From the NCBI GenBank assembly GCA_963617285.1, contig CAVEOR010000001.1, positions 1 to 37,590 on the forward strand: a stretch of 37,590 bases of DNA, written 5' to 3'. Both the position numbers and the translations under genes were made by a program. Each line of letters starts with the position of its first letter. Position 1 is the stretch's first letter. The notes beneath the pieces were generated by a model. That model did not search any database, was not told the DNA's origin, and saw only the letters and a list, made by a program, of their open reading frames with translations. Of the stretch, positions 27,463-37,100 are shown one piece after another. Source of the stretch: Anaerovoracaceae bacterium. GTDB taxonomy: Bacteria > Bacillota > Clostridia > Peptostreptococcales > Anaerovoracaceae.

Positions 27463-28566
27463 TTGAAAAAGAAGATTATAATAGGAATAGTGCTGGTGCT
27501 CATCATAGCGGTGGGCGCTGGCGTGTACTTCCTTTCCATGGGCTCGGCTAGGGATGCGGATGATGCTTCGGCGCTTAGCATCACGGTGGAGCAAGGCATG
27601 GGAGCAAGCCAAATAGCTGATTTGCTCGAGGAAAACGGCATTATCGACAGTGCCTCAGAGTTTCAGCTTTGGTCAAAGGTAAAAGGCTACGACAGCCAGT
27701 TCAAGGCCGGGACATATTCACTTTCGCCAGCGATGGATTTTGAGGAAATCGCTGATATTTTGGTGGGTGGAAAGGTGAGCATGGTTTCATTTACCGTGCC
27801 GGAAGGACTGACGGTGGAGCAAACGATAGACAAGCTTGTCGAGCAGGGCATGGGGGATAAGGAAGCCTTCGAACAAGAAGTTATATCGCAGAAATGGCTC
27901 GAAAGATTCGAATTCATCGATGAGCTCGCATTCGATAGATATGCACTCAACCAGACGAACAGCGCATACCTCGAAGGCTACCTGATGCCGAACACATATT
28001 ATGTTGAGCAAGGTGCAAGCGAGGAAGATGTTATCGCGACGATGCTCACGCAGTTCGAGAAGGACGTATATCAGGGCGTATACGCCGACTTCCTAGCTGA
28101 GAGTTCAACGACGCTGATGACGAAATACGGCGACTATCTCTTCGGAGAAAGCCAGCCGAGCCTGTATGATTTTCTCATTTACTCGTCTATTATCGAAAGA
28201 GAGACGGTGCTCGATGAGGAGAGACCTAAGGTTGCAGCCGTAATCTACAACAGGCTGAAGAATAACATGAAGCTTCAGATGTGCTCGACAGTGCAGTATA
28301 TCTTGGGATTCAAGAAGGATAATCTGACATATTCGGATATCTCGATTGACTCGCCATATAATACATATTTGTATAGCGAAATTCCAGGACCGATTTGCTC
28401 GCCGGGACTCGCGTCAATCAAGGCGGCGCTTTATCCTGACGACGACGATTATCTGTACTTCGTAGTGAGCGAGAAGCTTGACGGCAGCATGAATTTCTCA
28501 TCTGATATCAACCAGTTCGAGAAGGACAAGGCTGCATATAACGCGGCGTATAACGCGGCAAACTAA
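27463..28566 (+). CDS. mltG: Endolytic transglycosylase MltG
   Basis: N-terminal TM, TVPEG, LEGYLMPNTY, SIIERE, YNRL, SPYNTY, PGPICSPG, YLYFV. Confidence 0.95.
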   Translation: MKKKIIIGIVLVLIIAVGAGVYFLSMGSARDADDASALSITVEQGMGASQIADLLEENGIIDSASEFQLWSKVKGYDSQFKAGTYSLSPAMDFEEIADILVGGKVSMVSFTVPEGLTVEQTIDKLVEQGMGDKEAFEQEVISQKWLERFEFIDELAFDRYALNQTNSAYLEGYLMPNTYYVEQGASEEDVIATMLTQFEKDVYQGVYADFLAESSTTLMTKYGDYLFGESQPSLYDFLIYSSIIERETVLDEERPKVAAVIYNRLKNNMKLQMCSTVQYILGFKKDNLTYSDISIDSPYNTYLYSEIPGPICSPGLASIKAALYPDDDDYLYFVVSEKLDGSMNFSSDINQFEKDKAAYNAAYNAAN

Positions 28567-28579
28567 TAATAGATTAAAA

Positions 28580-29299
28580 ATGGAATCAAAGAAGAATATA
28601 ACCAACGACATAGTTACGGATTATATAAATGGATTTTATCAGCCGCTGAGCCACGAGCTCGGGATGCTGAGGGAAGCAGCGGAGGCGGATGGAGTTCCGA
28701 TTATACTGAAGGAGACTGAGGCTTTCCTCAGGACATTCGTCGGGATTCTGAAACCGAAGCGGATATTAGAAATTGGAACGGCGGTGGGCTATTCCGCAGC
28801 GTTTTTCAACAAGGCTTGCGGAGCCGAGGTCGTAACGATAGAGAAGAACCCGGAGATGGCGGCTGTGGCTTGGATGAACCTCAAGAAGCTGGGCTGTGAG
28901 GATAGCATAGAGATCCTCAGGGGCGACGGCGAGGCAGCTATCCAGTCGCTGAAAGAGCTGAAGAATGCTGGGGTAGCAGACCCGTTTGCACCGACAGCAA
29001 TGAAGAAGTCGGTAGACGCTGCGCGGGAGTTTGACTTCCTCTTCATAGATGCCGCAAAGAGCCATTACAAGCGTTTCCTCGATGCGGCACTTCCGCTGAT
29101 GAGCAAGGATGCGGTAATCGTATGCGACAACGTGCTTTTCCAAGGCAAGACAGCAAGCGACATCTACGACCAATTAGGAAAGCATAGAACGAACATCAGG
29201 CATATGAGAGAGTTCCTCGATTATATCAGCACGGACGAGCGATTCGAAACGAGCATAATCGCGGTCGGCGACGGGCTCTCGATTACGTACTTGAAATAG
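28580..29299 (+). CDS. SAM-dependent O-methyltransferase (YrrM/TrmR-like)
   Basis: VPII, ILEIGTAVGYS, FIDAAK, CDNVLFQG, GDGL; conserved position between mltG and a U32 gene. Confidence 0.9.
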   Translation: MESKKNITNDIVTDYINGFYQPLSHELGMLREAAEADGVPIILKETEAFLRTFVGILKPKRILEIGTAVGYSAAFFNKACGAEVVTIEKNPEMAAVAWMNLKKLGCEDSIEILRGDGEAAIQSLKELKNAGVADPFAPTAMKKSVDAAREFDFLFIDAAKSHYKRFLDAALPLMSKDAVIVCDNVLFQGKTASDIYDQLGKHRTNIRHMREFLDYISTDERFETSIIAVGDGLSITYLK

Positions 29300-29345
29300 C
29301 AGGTGAGAGTACACCGCAAAATTTTATTCGAATAGAAACTAACGC

Positions 29346-30584
29346 ATGAAGAAAATAGAACTGCTGGCTCCGGCTGGCGACCTAGAAAAACTGAAGATAG
29401 CCGTTATTTACGGTGCAGATGCCGTATACTTCGGGGGAGAGATGTTTTCTCTGAGAGCGGGTGCTGGCAACCTGACCTTTGATGAAATGAAGGAAGGCAT
29501 TGCATTCGCACATGAGCGGGGAGCGAAGTGTTATCTCACGATAAACATCTTTGCTCATAACAGGGATATCGAGCCGCTCAGAGAGTATCTCGAGAAGATT
29601 AAGACTCTCGACATCGACGCAATCCTCGTGAGCGATCTCGGAATCGTATCGCTTATTCAAGAGATAATTCCTGACATGGAGCTTCACCTCAGCACTCAGG
29701 CGAACATGACCAACTACCAGACGGCAAACTTCTGGTACAAGATTGGAATTAGACGCATAGTGCTTGCTAGAGAACTTAGCTTCCCAGAGATTGCTGAGAT
29801 TAGAAGGAACACTCCAGACGACCTCGAATTTGAATCCTTCGTGCACGGCGCGATGTGCATTTCCTACTCGGGCAGATGCCTTCTCAGCAACTTTATGATT
29901 GAGAGGGACGCGAACCAAGGCATGTGCGCACATCCTTGCCGCTGGAAATACGCTCTTGTAGAGGAGCAGAGGCCAGGCCAGTATTATCCGATAGAAGAAG
30001 ACGACCGCGGGACATACATCCTTAACTCTCGCGACCTTTGCATGATAGAACACATTCCAGAGCTCATCAATTCGGGACTCAGCTCCCTTAAGATTGAAGG
30101 GAGGATGAAGAGCATTTTCTATGTGGCGACGATAATCGCGGCATATAGGAAGGCGATAGATGCGTATTACGCGGATCCTGAGCATTACGAGTTCAAGCAG
30201 GAATGGATGGATGAGATGAAGAAAGTCAGCCACAGAGAATTCACGACGGGCTTTTACTTCAACAATCCGACGAACAAGGATCAGAATTACCGCACGAGCG
30301 CTTACACTCGCGACTATGCGTTCACTGGGCTCGTCAAGTCATACGACCCAGAGACGGGATACGCTATAGTGGAGCAGAGGAACAAGATGGTGCTTGGCGA
30401 TGAAATCGAGATTTTCGGACCAGGCGCGGATTTCTTCGTGCAGAAGCTTACGGAGATGTATGACGAAGAGGGCAATCCGATAGACTCGGCGCCTCATCCG
30501 CAGCAGATCCTCAGAATCAAGGTAGAGAAGCCAGTTGCGGAGAACTATATGTTCCGTAAGCGCAAGGACGAGGACGGTAAGTAA
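29346..30584 (+). CDS. Peptidase U32 family protein (TrhP-like tRNA hydroxylation protein)
   Basis: ELLAPAG, GADAVY, HLSTQ, FVHGAMCISYSGRCLLS, GMCAHPCRW, LKIEGR. Confidence 0.93.
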   Translation: MKKIELLAPAGDLEKLKIAVIYGADAVYFGGEMFSLRAGAGNLTFDEMKEGIAFAHERGAKCYLTINIFAHNRDIEPLREYLEKIKTLDIDAILVSDLGIVSLIQEIIPDMELHLSTQANMTNYQTANFWYKIGIRRIVLARELSFPEIAEIRRNTPDDLEFESFVHGAMCISYSGRCLLSNFMIERDANQGMCAHPCRWKYALVEEQRPGQYYPIEEDDRGTYILNSRDLCMIEHIPELINSGLSSLKIEGRMKSIFYVATIIAAYRKAIDAYYADPEHYEFKQEWMDEMKKVSHREFTTGFYFNNPTNKDQNYRTSAYTRDYAFTGLVKSYDPETGYAIVEQRNKMVLGDEIEIFGPGADFFVQKLTEMYDEEGNPIDSAPHPQQILRIKVEKPVAENYMFRKRKDEDGK

Positions 30585-30686
30585 ATCAAAGTCCCAAATA
30601 AAGAAAAAAATAAAATTTGTTAATAGAGCAATTGCTTTATATAAATCTTGAAAATTTACAAGAACACCAGAAAAAAGGAGAAAATC

Positions 30687-31685
30687 ATGACAAGTGACTT
30701 AGGCAGTGGGCCCAGTCAGCCAAACGAAGAGTTTGGGAAGCTGGCGGAGCTAGCAAAGGAAGGGCCAGAGAAGCCCGAAGTAATCGAAGTTAAGAAAGAA
30801 ATCAAGAAGGATCCGAAGAAGGACGCAGGAAGGAAAGAAAGCAAAATGAAAGGCTTCTTCCACCGCGTTCTAAAGAAGGAAGATTCACAGCAGCTCGAAG
30901 AGGAAGTTATGTCCATGCTCGAGCAGGGCCAGGAATCGGGCATACTCAAGGAAGAAGGAAAGAAGATGATCAACTCCATCTTCGCCTTTGATGACAAGCT
31001 TGCCTATGAGATCATGACCCCGCGTACCGACGTGTTCGTCATTGACATTGACGATCCGCCAGAGGAATACATGGATGACTTCATGAAGCTCAGGTACTCC
31101 AGAATCCCTGTTTGCAAGGGAGACACGGATAATATCGTGGGCATCTTGCATGTCAAGGACTATCTGATTCAGGCTTGGGAGAAGGGCTTCGACGGGGTTG
31201 AGATTGCCTCAATCATCAGGAAGGCGTACTTCGTGCCTGAGACGAAGAACATCGACTCGCTTCTGTATGAGATGCAGGCTGCCAAGCAGCAGATTGCAAT
31301 CCTCATCGACGAGTACGGCGGATTCAGCGGCATAGTCACGATGGAAGACATAATCGAGCAGGTTGTTGGCGACATCGACGACGAGTACGACGAAGAAGAG
31401 GAAATCATCGACAAGGTTGACGATAACATTTATCTGGTAGACGGAGATGTTGACCTCGATGACCTTGACGAAGAGCTTGGAATCAACCTTGAATCGCAGA
31501 CCAGCGAGACAATCGGAGGATTCATTATAGATATACTTGGAGAAATTCCGGACGAGAAGGATGTTGGCCGCATCGTCGAGTTCGAGAATTACCAGTTCAA
31601 GATCATGGCGATTTCAGACAGAAGAATCGAGAGGGTCAAGATTTACTTGCCGAAAGAAGGCACGGATGAGATCTCTGACCAGTAG
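30687..31685 (+). CDS. CBS-pair/CorC_HlyC protein (hemolysin/CNNM family) lacking the membrane domain
   Basis: IMTPRTD, YSRIPV, FVPETK, IDEYGG, GIVTMEDIIEQVVGDI, ETIGG; ATG 30687 behind AAGGAG; no hydrophobic segment. Confidence 0.88.
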   Translation: MTSDLGSGPSQPNEEFGKLAELAKEGPEKPEVIEVKKEIKKDPKKDAGRKESKMKGFFHRVLKKEDSQQLEEEVMSMLEQGQESGILKEEGKKMINSIFAFDDKLAYEIMTPRTDVFVIDIDDPPEEYMDDFMKLRYSRIPVCKGDTDNIVGILHVKDYLIQAWEKGFDGVEIASIIRKAYFVPETKNIDSLLYEMQAAKQQIAILIDEYGGFSGIVTMEDIIEQVVGDIDDEYDEEEEIIDKVDDNIYLVDGDVDLDDLDEELGINLESQTSETIGGFIIDILGEIPDEKDVGRIVEFENYQFKIMAISDRRIERVKIYLPKEGTDEISDQ

Positions 31686-31825
31686 AAAGACTGTCGGGTA
31701 TATGAATTTTGTTTGAATAGATGATTTTTGTTGAAAAATAAACCAGTTAACACTCCTAACAGGAAGCTAAACAATCACGTTAAACTGTCCGAATAGGATG
31801 TAATATAATTATAAGAGGTGCAAAA

Positions 31826-32344
31826 ATGAGTGAAAAAACATGTAATTGCAATTGTGCCGAGAAGAGGAAGGAGCAATTCAAAGATCTCCAGCCTGTTTTA
31901 GACCAATATGCACACGTAAAGGGTAGCTTGATTACTATCCTCCAGAAAGCTCAGGATATCTACGGTTATCTGTCAGTAGACACGATCAACTACATATCCG
32001 ATGCAACTGGAATCAAGCCTGCAAAGATCTACGGCGTTGCAACATTCTACGCTCAGTTCAGACTGCAGCCTATCGGTAAGCATCTTGTAATGCTTTGCCA
32101 GGGTACTGCTTGCCACGTAAACGGCTCCGAAATGGTAGCGGAAGCTGCTTGCGAGTTCTTGGGAATCCAGGACGGCGAGACTACAGAAGATGGTCTGTTC
32201 ACGATCAACAATGTTGCTTGTCTGGGATGCTGCTCACTGGCTCCAGTAATGATGGTTAGAAGCGCTGATGGCGACGAAACCTACGGCAACCTGACAAAGG
32301 ACAAAGTAAAAGAGATTTTGGCTGAAATCAAGGCAAGAGGATAG
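31826..32344 (+). CDS. nuoE: NuoE/HydC-family [2Fe-2S] subunit (StnA-like)
   Basis: GVATFY, CQGTAC, CLGCC thioredoxin-like [2Fe-2S] motifs; symbol is a family label only. Confidence 0.92.
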   Translation: MSEKTCNCNCAEKRKEQFKDLQPVLDQYAHVKGSLITILQKAQDIYGYLSVDTINYISDATGIKPAKIYGVATFYAQFRLQPIGKHLVMLCQGTACHVNGSEMVAEAACEFLGIQDGETTEDGLFTINNVACLGCCSLAPVMMVRSADGDETYGNLTKDKVKEILAEIKARG

Positions 32345-32358
32345 GAGGTACTAAAGTA

Positions 32359-34107
32359 ATGAGAGTAGTAGTTGGACAAGGCAGCTGCGGTATCGCTACT
32401 GGTGCCAAGAAGACCGTTGCCAAATTAGAAGAATTGATCGCCGCTAAGGGCTTAAACATCGAAGTAGGAACAGTAGGCTGCGTAGGTACTTGCTACCTTG
32501 AACCTATCGTTGACGTAATCGATGATAACGGCGAATTAACTAGATATGTCAAGGTACAGCCAGACAAGGCTGAGAAGATCGTTGAGAACCATCTCGTAGG
32601 CGGCAAGGTTTGCGAAGACATGGTAATCTCCGAGGAAGACAAGCAGTTCCTTGGCAAGCAGCAGAGAGTAGTTCTTAGAAACTGCGGTGTTATCAACCCA
32701 GAGAACATCGACGAATACCTCGCTGCAGATGGCTACAAGGCTATCGAAAAAGTCCTCAAGACAATGAAGCCTGAGGAAGTTATCGAAGAAATCAAGATTT
32801 CCGGACTTAGAGGCAGAGGCGGCGCTGGCTTCCCTACATGGTTCAAGTGGAACGCTGCTAAGCAGAGCCCAGGAAACGAAAAATATCTCGTATGTAATGC
32901 CGACGAAGGTGACCCAGGCGCATTCATGGACCGTTCCGTTCTGGAAGGCGACCCACATTCACTTCTCGAAGGTATGATTATCGGTGGTTACGCTATGGGA
33001 GCACACCAGGGCGTAATTTACTGCCGTGCTGAGTATCCGCTCGCAATCAAGAGACTTGAGATCGCAATGGCTCAGGCAAGAGAAAGAGGATACCTTGGCA
33101 AGGACATCTTCGGCTCTGGATTTGACTTTGATATCTACATCAAGGCAGGTGCAGGCGCATTCGTATGCGGCGAAGAAACAGCTCTTATCGCATCCCTCGA
33201 GGGCGAAAGAGGTATGCCTAGACTTAAGCCACCTTTCCCTGCAGCTAAGGGATTCTGGCAGAAGCCAACAGACATCAACAACGTAGAAACACTCGCTAAC
33301 GTTCCTTGGATCATCTTCAACGGCGGAGCTGCATTCGGCAAGTTCGGTACAGAAGCTTCCAAGGGTACTAAGGTATTCGCACTCGCTGGCAAGATCAAGA
33401 AGGGCGGCCTCGTAGAAGTACCTATGGGCATGACTCTTAGAGAAGTATTGTTCGGCATCGGCGGCGGCATCAAGAACGACAGAGAGTTCAAGGCTGTTCA
33501 GATGGGCGGACCTTCCGGCGGATGTATCCCAGCTAGCCTCATCGACACTCCTGTAACTTACGAAGACATCAACAAGACTGGTGCTATCGTAGGTTCCGGC
33601 GGTATGATCGTAATGGACGAAGATACTTGCATGGTTGACATGGCTAGATACTTCCTCAACTTCACTCGTGACGAGTCCTGCGGTAAGTGTAACTACTGCC
33701 GTATCGGTACGAAGAGAATGCTTGAAATCCTCGAAAGAATCACAGAGGGCAAGGGCAGAGATGGCGACATCGAGCTTCTTCAGGAACTCGCTGGCAAGAT
33801 CAAGGACGGTTCACTTTGCGGACTCGGCCAGACTGCACCTAACCCAGTTCTTACGACAATCAGACATTTCCGTAACGAGTACGAAGACCATATTTACAAT
33901 CACAAGTGTACAGCTGCTTCTTGTAAGGCACTCATCACATTCTCCATCACTGATGCTTGTAAGGGATGTACGAAGTGCGCACGTAACTGCCCAGTTGGCG
34001 CTATCACAGGCGAAGTTAAGGGTAAGCACGTTATCGACACGCAGAAGTGTATCAAGTGCGGCAAGTGCATAGACAATTGTAACTTCGGTGCAATCGAGAA
34101 GAAATAG
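32359..34107 (+). CDS. nuoF: NuoF/HydB-family FMN/NADH-binding subunit with extra Fe-S domains (StnB-like)
   Basis: GRGGAGFP, CNADEGDPGAFMDR, GAFVCGEETAL, GGPSGG, ESCGKCNYC, HIYNHKCTAASC, C-terminal 2x[4Fe-4S]; symbol is a family label only. Confidence 0.94.
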   Translation: MRVVVGQGSCGIATGAKKTVAKLEELIAAKGLNIEVGTVGCVGTCYLEPIVDVIDDNGELTRYVKVQPDKAEKIVENHLVGGKVCEDMVISEEDKQFLGKQQRVVLRNCGVINPENIDEYLAADGYKAIEKVLKTMKPEEVIEEIKISGLRGRGGAGFPTWFKWNAAKQSPGNEKYLVCNADEGDPGAFMDRSVLEGDPHSLLEGMIIGGYAMGAHQGVIYCRAEYPLAIKRLEIAMAQARERGYLGKDIFGSGFDFDIYIKAGAGAFVCGEETALIASLEGERGMPRLKPPFPAAKGFWQKPTDINNVETLANVPWIIFNGGAAFGKFGTEASKGTKVFALAGKIKKGGLVEVPMGMTLREVLFGIGGGIKNDREFKAVQMGGPSGGCIPASLIDTPVTYEDINKTGAIVGSGGMIVMDEDTCMVDMARYFLNFTRDESCGKCNYCRIGTKRMLEILERITEGKGRDGDIELLQELAGKIKDGSLCGLGQTAPNPVLTTIRHFRNEYEDHIYNHKCTAASCKALITFSITDACKGCTKCARNCPVGAITGEVKGKHVIDTQKCIKCGKCIDNCNFGAIEKK

Positions 34108-34123
34108 GGAGGAGGAAAAGGTA

Positions 34124-37100
34124 ATGAAAAAATATAGATTAAACATTAACGGCAAAGAAGTTACTGGCTTTGCTGGACAAACTATTCTTGAAGTTGCCAG
34201 AGAAAATGATATTTTCATTCCAACTCTTTGCTACGACGAAAGAACAAAAATTTACGGTTCCTGCGGACTGTGTATGTGCGAGGTAGACGGCAATCCTAAG
34301 CTTTGCAAGGCTTGCGCAACAGAAATCGCTCCAGGAATGATCGTTAATACGAATACAGACAGAGTTATCGAGTCCAGAAAGACTAACCTCGAGCTCCTGC
34401 TTTCCAACCACACTGGTGACTGCAGACCTCCTTGCGTACTGGCTTGTCCAGCAAAGACTGACTGCCAGGGCTACGTTGGCCTCATCGCTAACGGACAGTT
34501 CGAGGAAGCGCTTGAACTCGTAAAGGACAAGATTCCACTACCTGCAGCACTCGGCAGAGTTTGCCCACATCCATGTGAAGAAGCTTGCAGAAGAGGACTC
34601 GTTGACGAACCAATTTCCATCCAGCAGCTGAAGAGATTCGTTGCTGACCAGGATCTTGACGGACAGAGATTCATCCCAGAGTGTGAAGAAGACACAGGCA
34701 AGAGCGTTGCTATCATCGGCGGCGGCCCAATGGGACTTTCTGCAGCATATTTCTTAAGACAGATGGGTCACAGAGTAACGGTATTCGAATCCATGCCTAA
34801 GGCTGGTGGTATGCTCCGTTATGGTATCCCAGAATACAGACTTCCAAAGGCTGTACTCGACGACGAAATCGCAACTATCGAGATGATGGGTGCTGAGATC
34901 ATCACAAACACAAAGGTTGGCGTTGATATCCCATTCGAGACAATCAAGAACGACTACGATGCAGTTCTTCTTGGTATCGGTGCTTGGGTATCCACAGGCG
35001 TTGGCTGCAAGGGCGAGGACGCAAAGGGCGTTATCGGCGGTATTGATTTCCTTCGTCACGTTGTTAGAAACGAAGAAATCGGCATCGGCGAAAAGGTTGC
35101 TATCGTCGGCGGTGGTAACACAGCAATGGACGCTTGCAGAACAGCTGTAAGACTCGGTGCTAAGGAAGTTTACAACATTTACAGAAGAACTAAGGACGAG
35201 ATGCCTGCTGACATGGTAGAAATCGAAGAGGCAGAAGAAGAAGGCGTAATCTTCAAGAACCTTACTAACCCGCTCGAAGTTGTAGCAGACGAGAACGGTC
35301 ACGTAAAGGAAGTTATCCTTCAGGTTATGGAGCTCGGCGAACCAGATGCATCCGGCAGAAGAAAACCAGTTCCAGTAGAAGGAAAGACAGAGACTCTTGC
35401 TATCGACACTATGATCCTTGCTATCGGCCAGGCAGTAGATGCATCAATCTTTGACTGTGACAAGACAAGAAAGAACGCAATCGCATACGACCCTGAGACA
35501 TTCATGACCAGCATCCCTGGCGTATTCGCAGGCGGCGACTGTGGTAACGATAAGATTTCCATCGCAGTAGAAGCAATTGCTGACGCTAAGAAGGTTTCCG
35601 AGATCATCGACGCTTATCTTGATGGCGAAGAAATCAAGTACGAGAAGCCATTCTTCTGCGAGAGAGACGACATCAACGAAAAGACTTTCGAAGACAGAGA
35701 AAGAATGTGCAGACCTACACTTCCGCAGCTTAGTGCAGAAGAGAGAAAGGACAACTTCAGCGAGGTTATCCCTTATGCATATACAGAAGAGCAGGCAGTT
35801 GAAGAAGCTTCAAGATGTCTTGAGTGCGGCTGCCACGACTACTTCGAATGTAAGCTGATTGACTTTGCTAATCAGTATGATGTACATCCAGAAAGATTCG
35901 CTGGCGACAAGAACACTATCGAATTCGAAGATGCTCATCCATTCATCGTTCGCGACCCTAACAAGTGTATCCTTTGCGGACTTTGCGTAAGAGTCTGCGA
36001 CGAGGTTATGGGCGTTGGTGCTCTTGGCCTTGTACACAGAGGTTTCGACACAGTTGTTAAGCCAAACATGGAGAAGCCGCTCATCGAGTCCGGTTGTATC
36101 TCCTGCGGTCAGTGCGTAAGCGTATGTCCTACAGGTGCTCTTCAGGAGAAGACTTCCATGATCAAGGAAACTCCGCTCGCAACAGACGTAACAGAGACGA
36201 CTTGCTCGTACTGCTCCGTTGGCTGCTCCCTCAAGCTTGAGTCCTACGGCGATCTCCTCATCAAGGCTAACCCTGATAAGGAAGGCGTTGTAAACCAGGG
36301 TCTTGCTTGCGGCAAGGGTAAGTGGGGATTTGACTGTGCTGTACTTGAAGGCAAGTTAGAAGAACCGCTCATCAAGGAAGACGGTCGCTTCAGAATCGCT
36401 GATTACTATGAATCAGTTGTACTGGTAGCTAAGAAGATGCAGAGCATCGCTAGCAAGTATGGCAAGGATGCTATCGCAGTAGCTATCTCCGACAGATATA
36501 CAAACGAAGAAGCTTATGCTATGAAGAGAATGGCAGACGTTATGGGTGCAAAGGTTCTTTGCATGAACAACAGAGCAAACGGCCTCGCAGAGGTTCTTGG
36601 CTTTGATGCTTCCCCTAACACAATCGACGAGCTTCTTTCCACAAACGTAATCCTCAGAGTAGGCTTCGAGGACAATGACTCCAGAGTTATCGCTCTGAAG
36701 ATGAAGCAGGCTGAGGAAGCTGGCGCACAGGTTATCAGAGTTTGCAGCGGTGAGAACGACCTCGGTCTCCTCAAGCAGGTTGCAAAGGCTATCATCGAGT
36801 CTGGCAAGGCTAAGAAGGTTGCTGGATACGACGAGTTCGAGGCTTCCCTTGCTGGCGTAACAGTTAGCGAAGAAGCTAAGGCTATCGCAGATGCTTACCT
36901 CGGAGCTAAGAAGGCTATGATCGTTTACCAGCAGAACTTCCTGACTGTAGACGGTGCTAAGCTCGTTGGTGACATCGCACTCCTCAGCGGTCACATCGGT
37001 GGTCCAAGAAATGGTATCCTCATGGTTAAGCCAAAGAACAACTCACAGGGTCTCATCGACATGGGCATCACTGCTGGTGTTGAGGCACTCGAGGGAGTTA

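Noticed and set aside
28533..28563. AAYNAAYNAAN repeat at the MltG C-terminus
   Set aside because: Simple 12-nt slippage duplication in a variable tail
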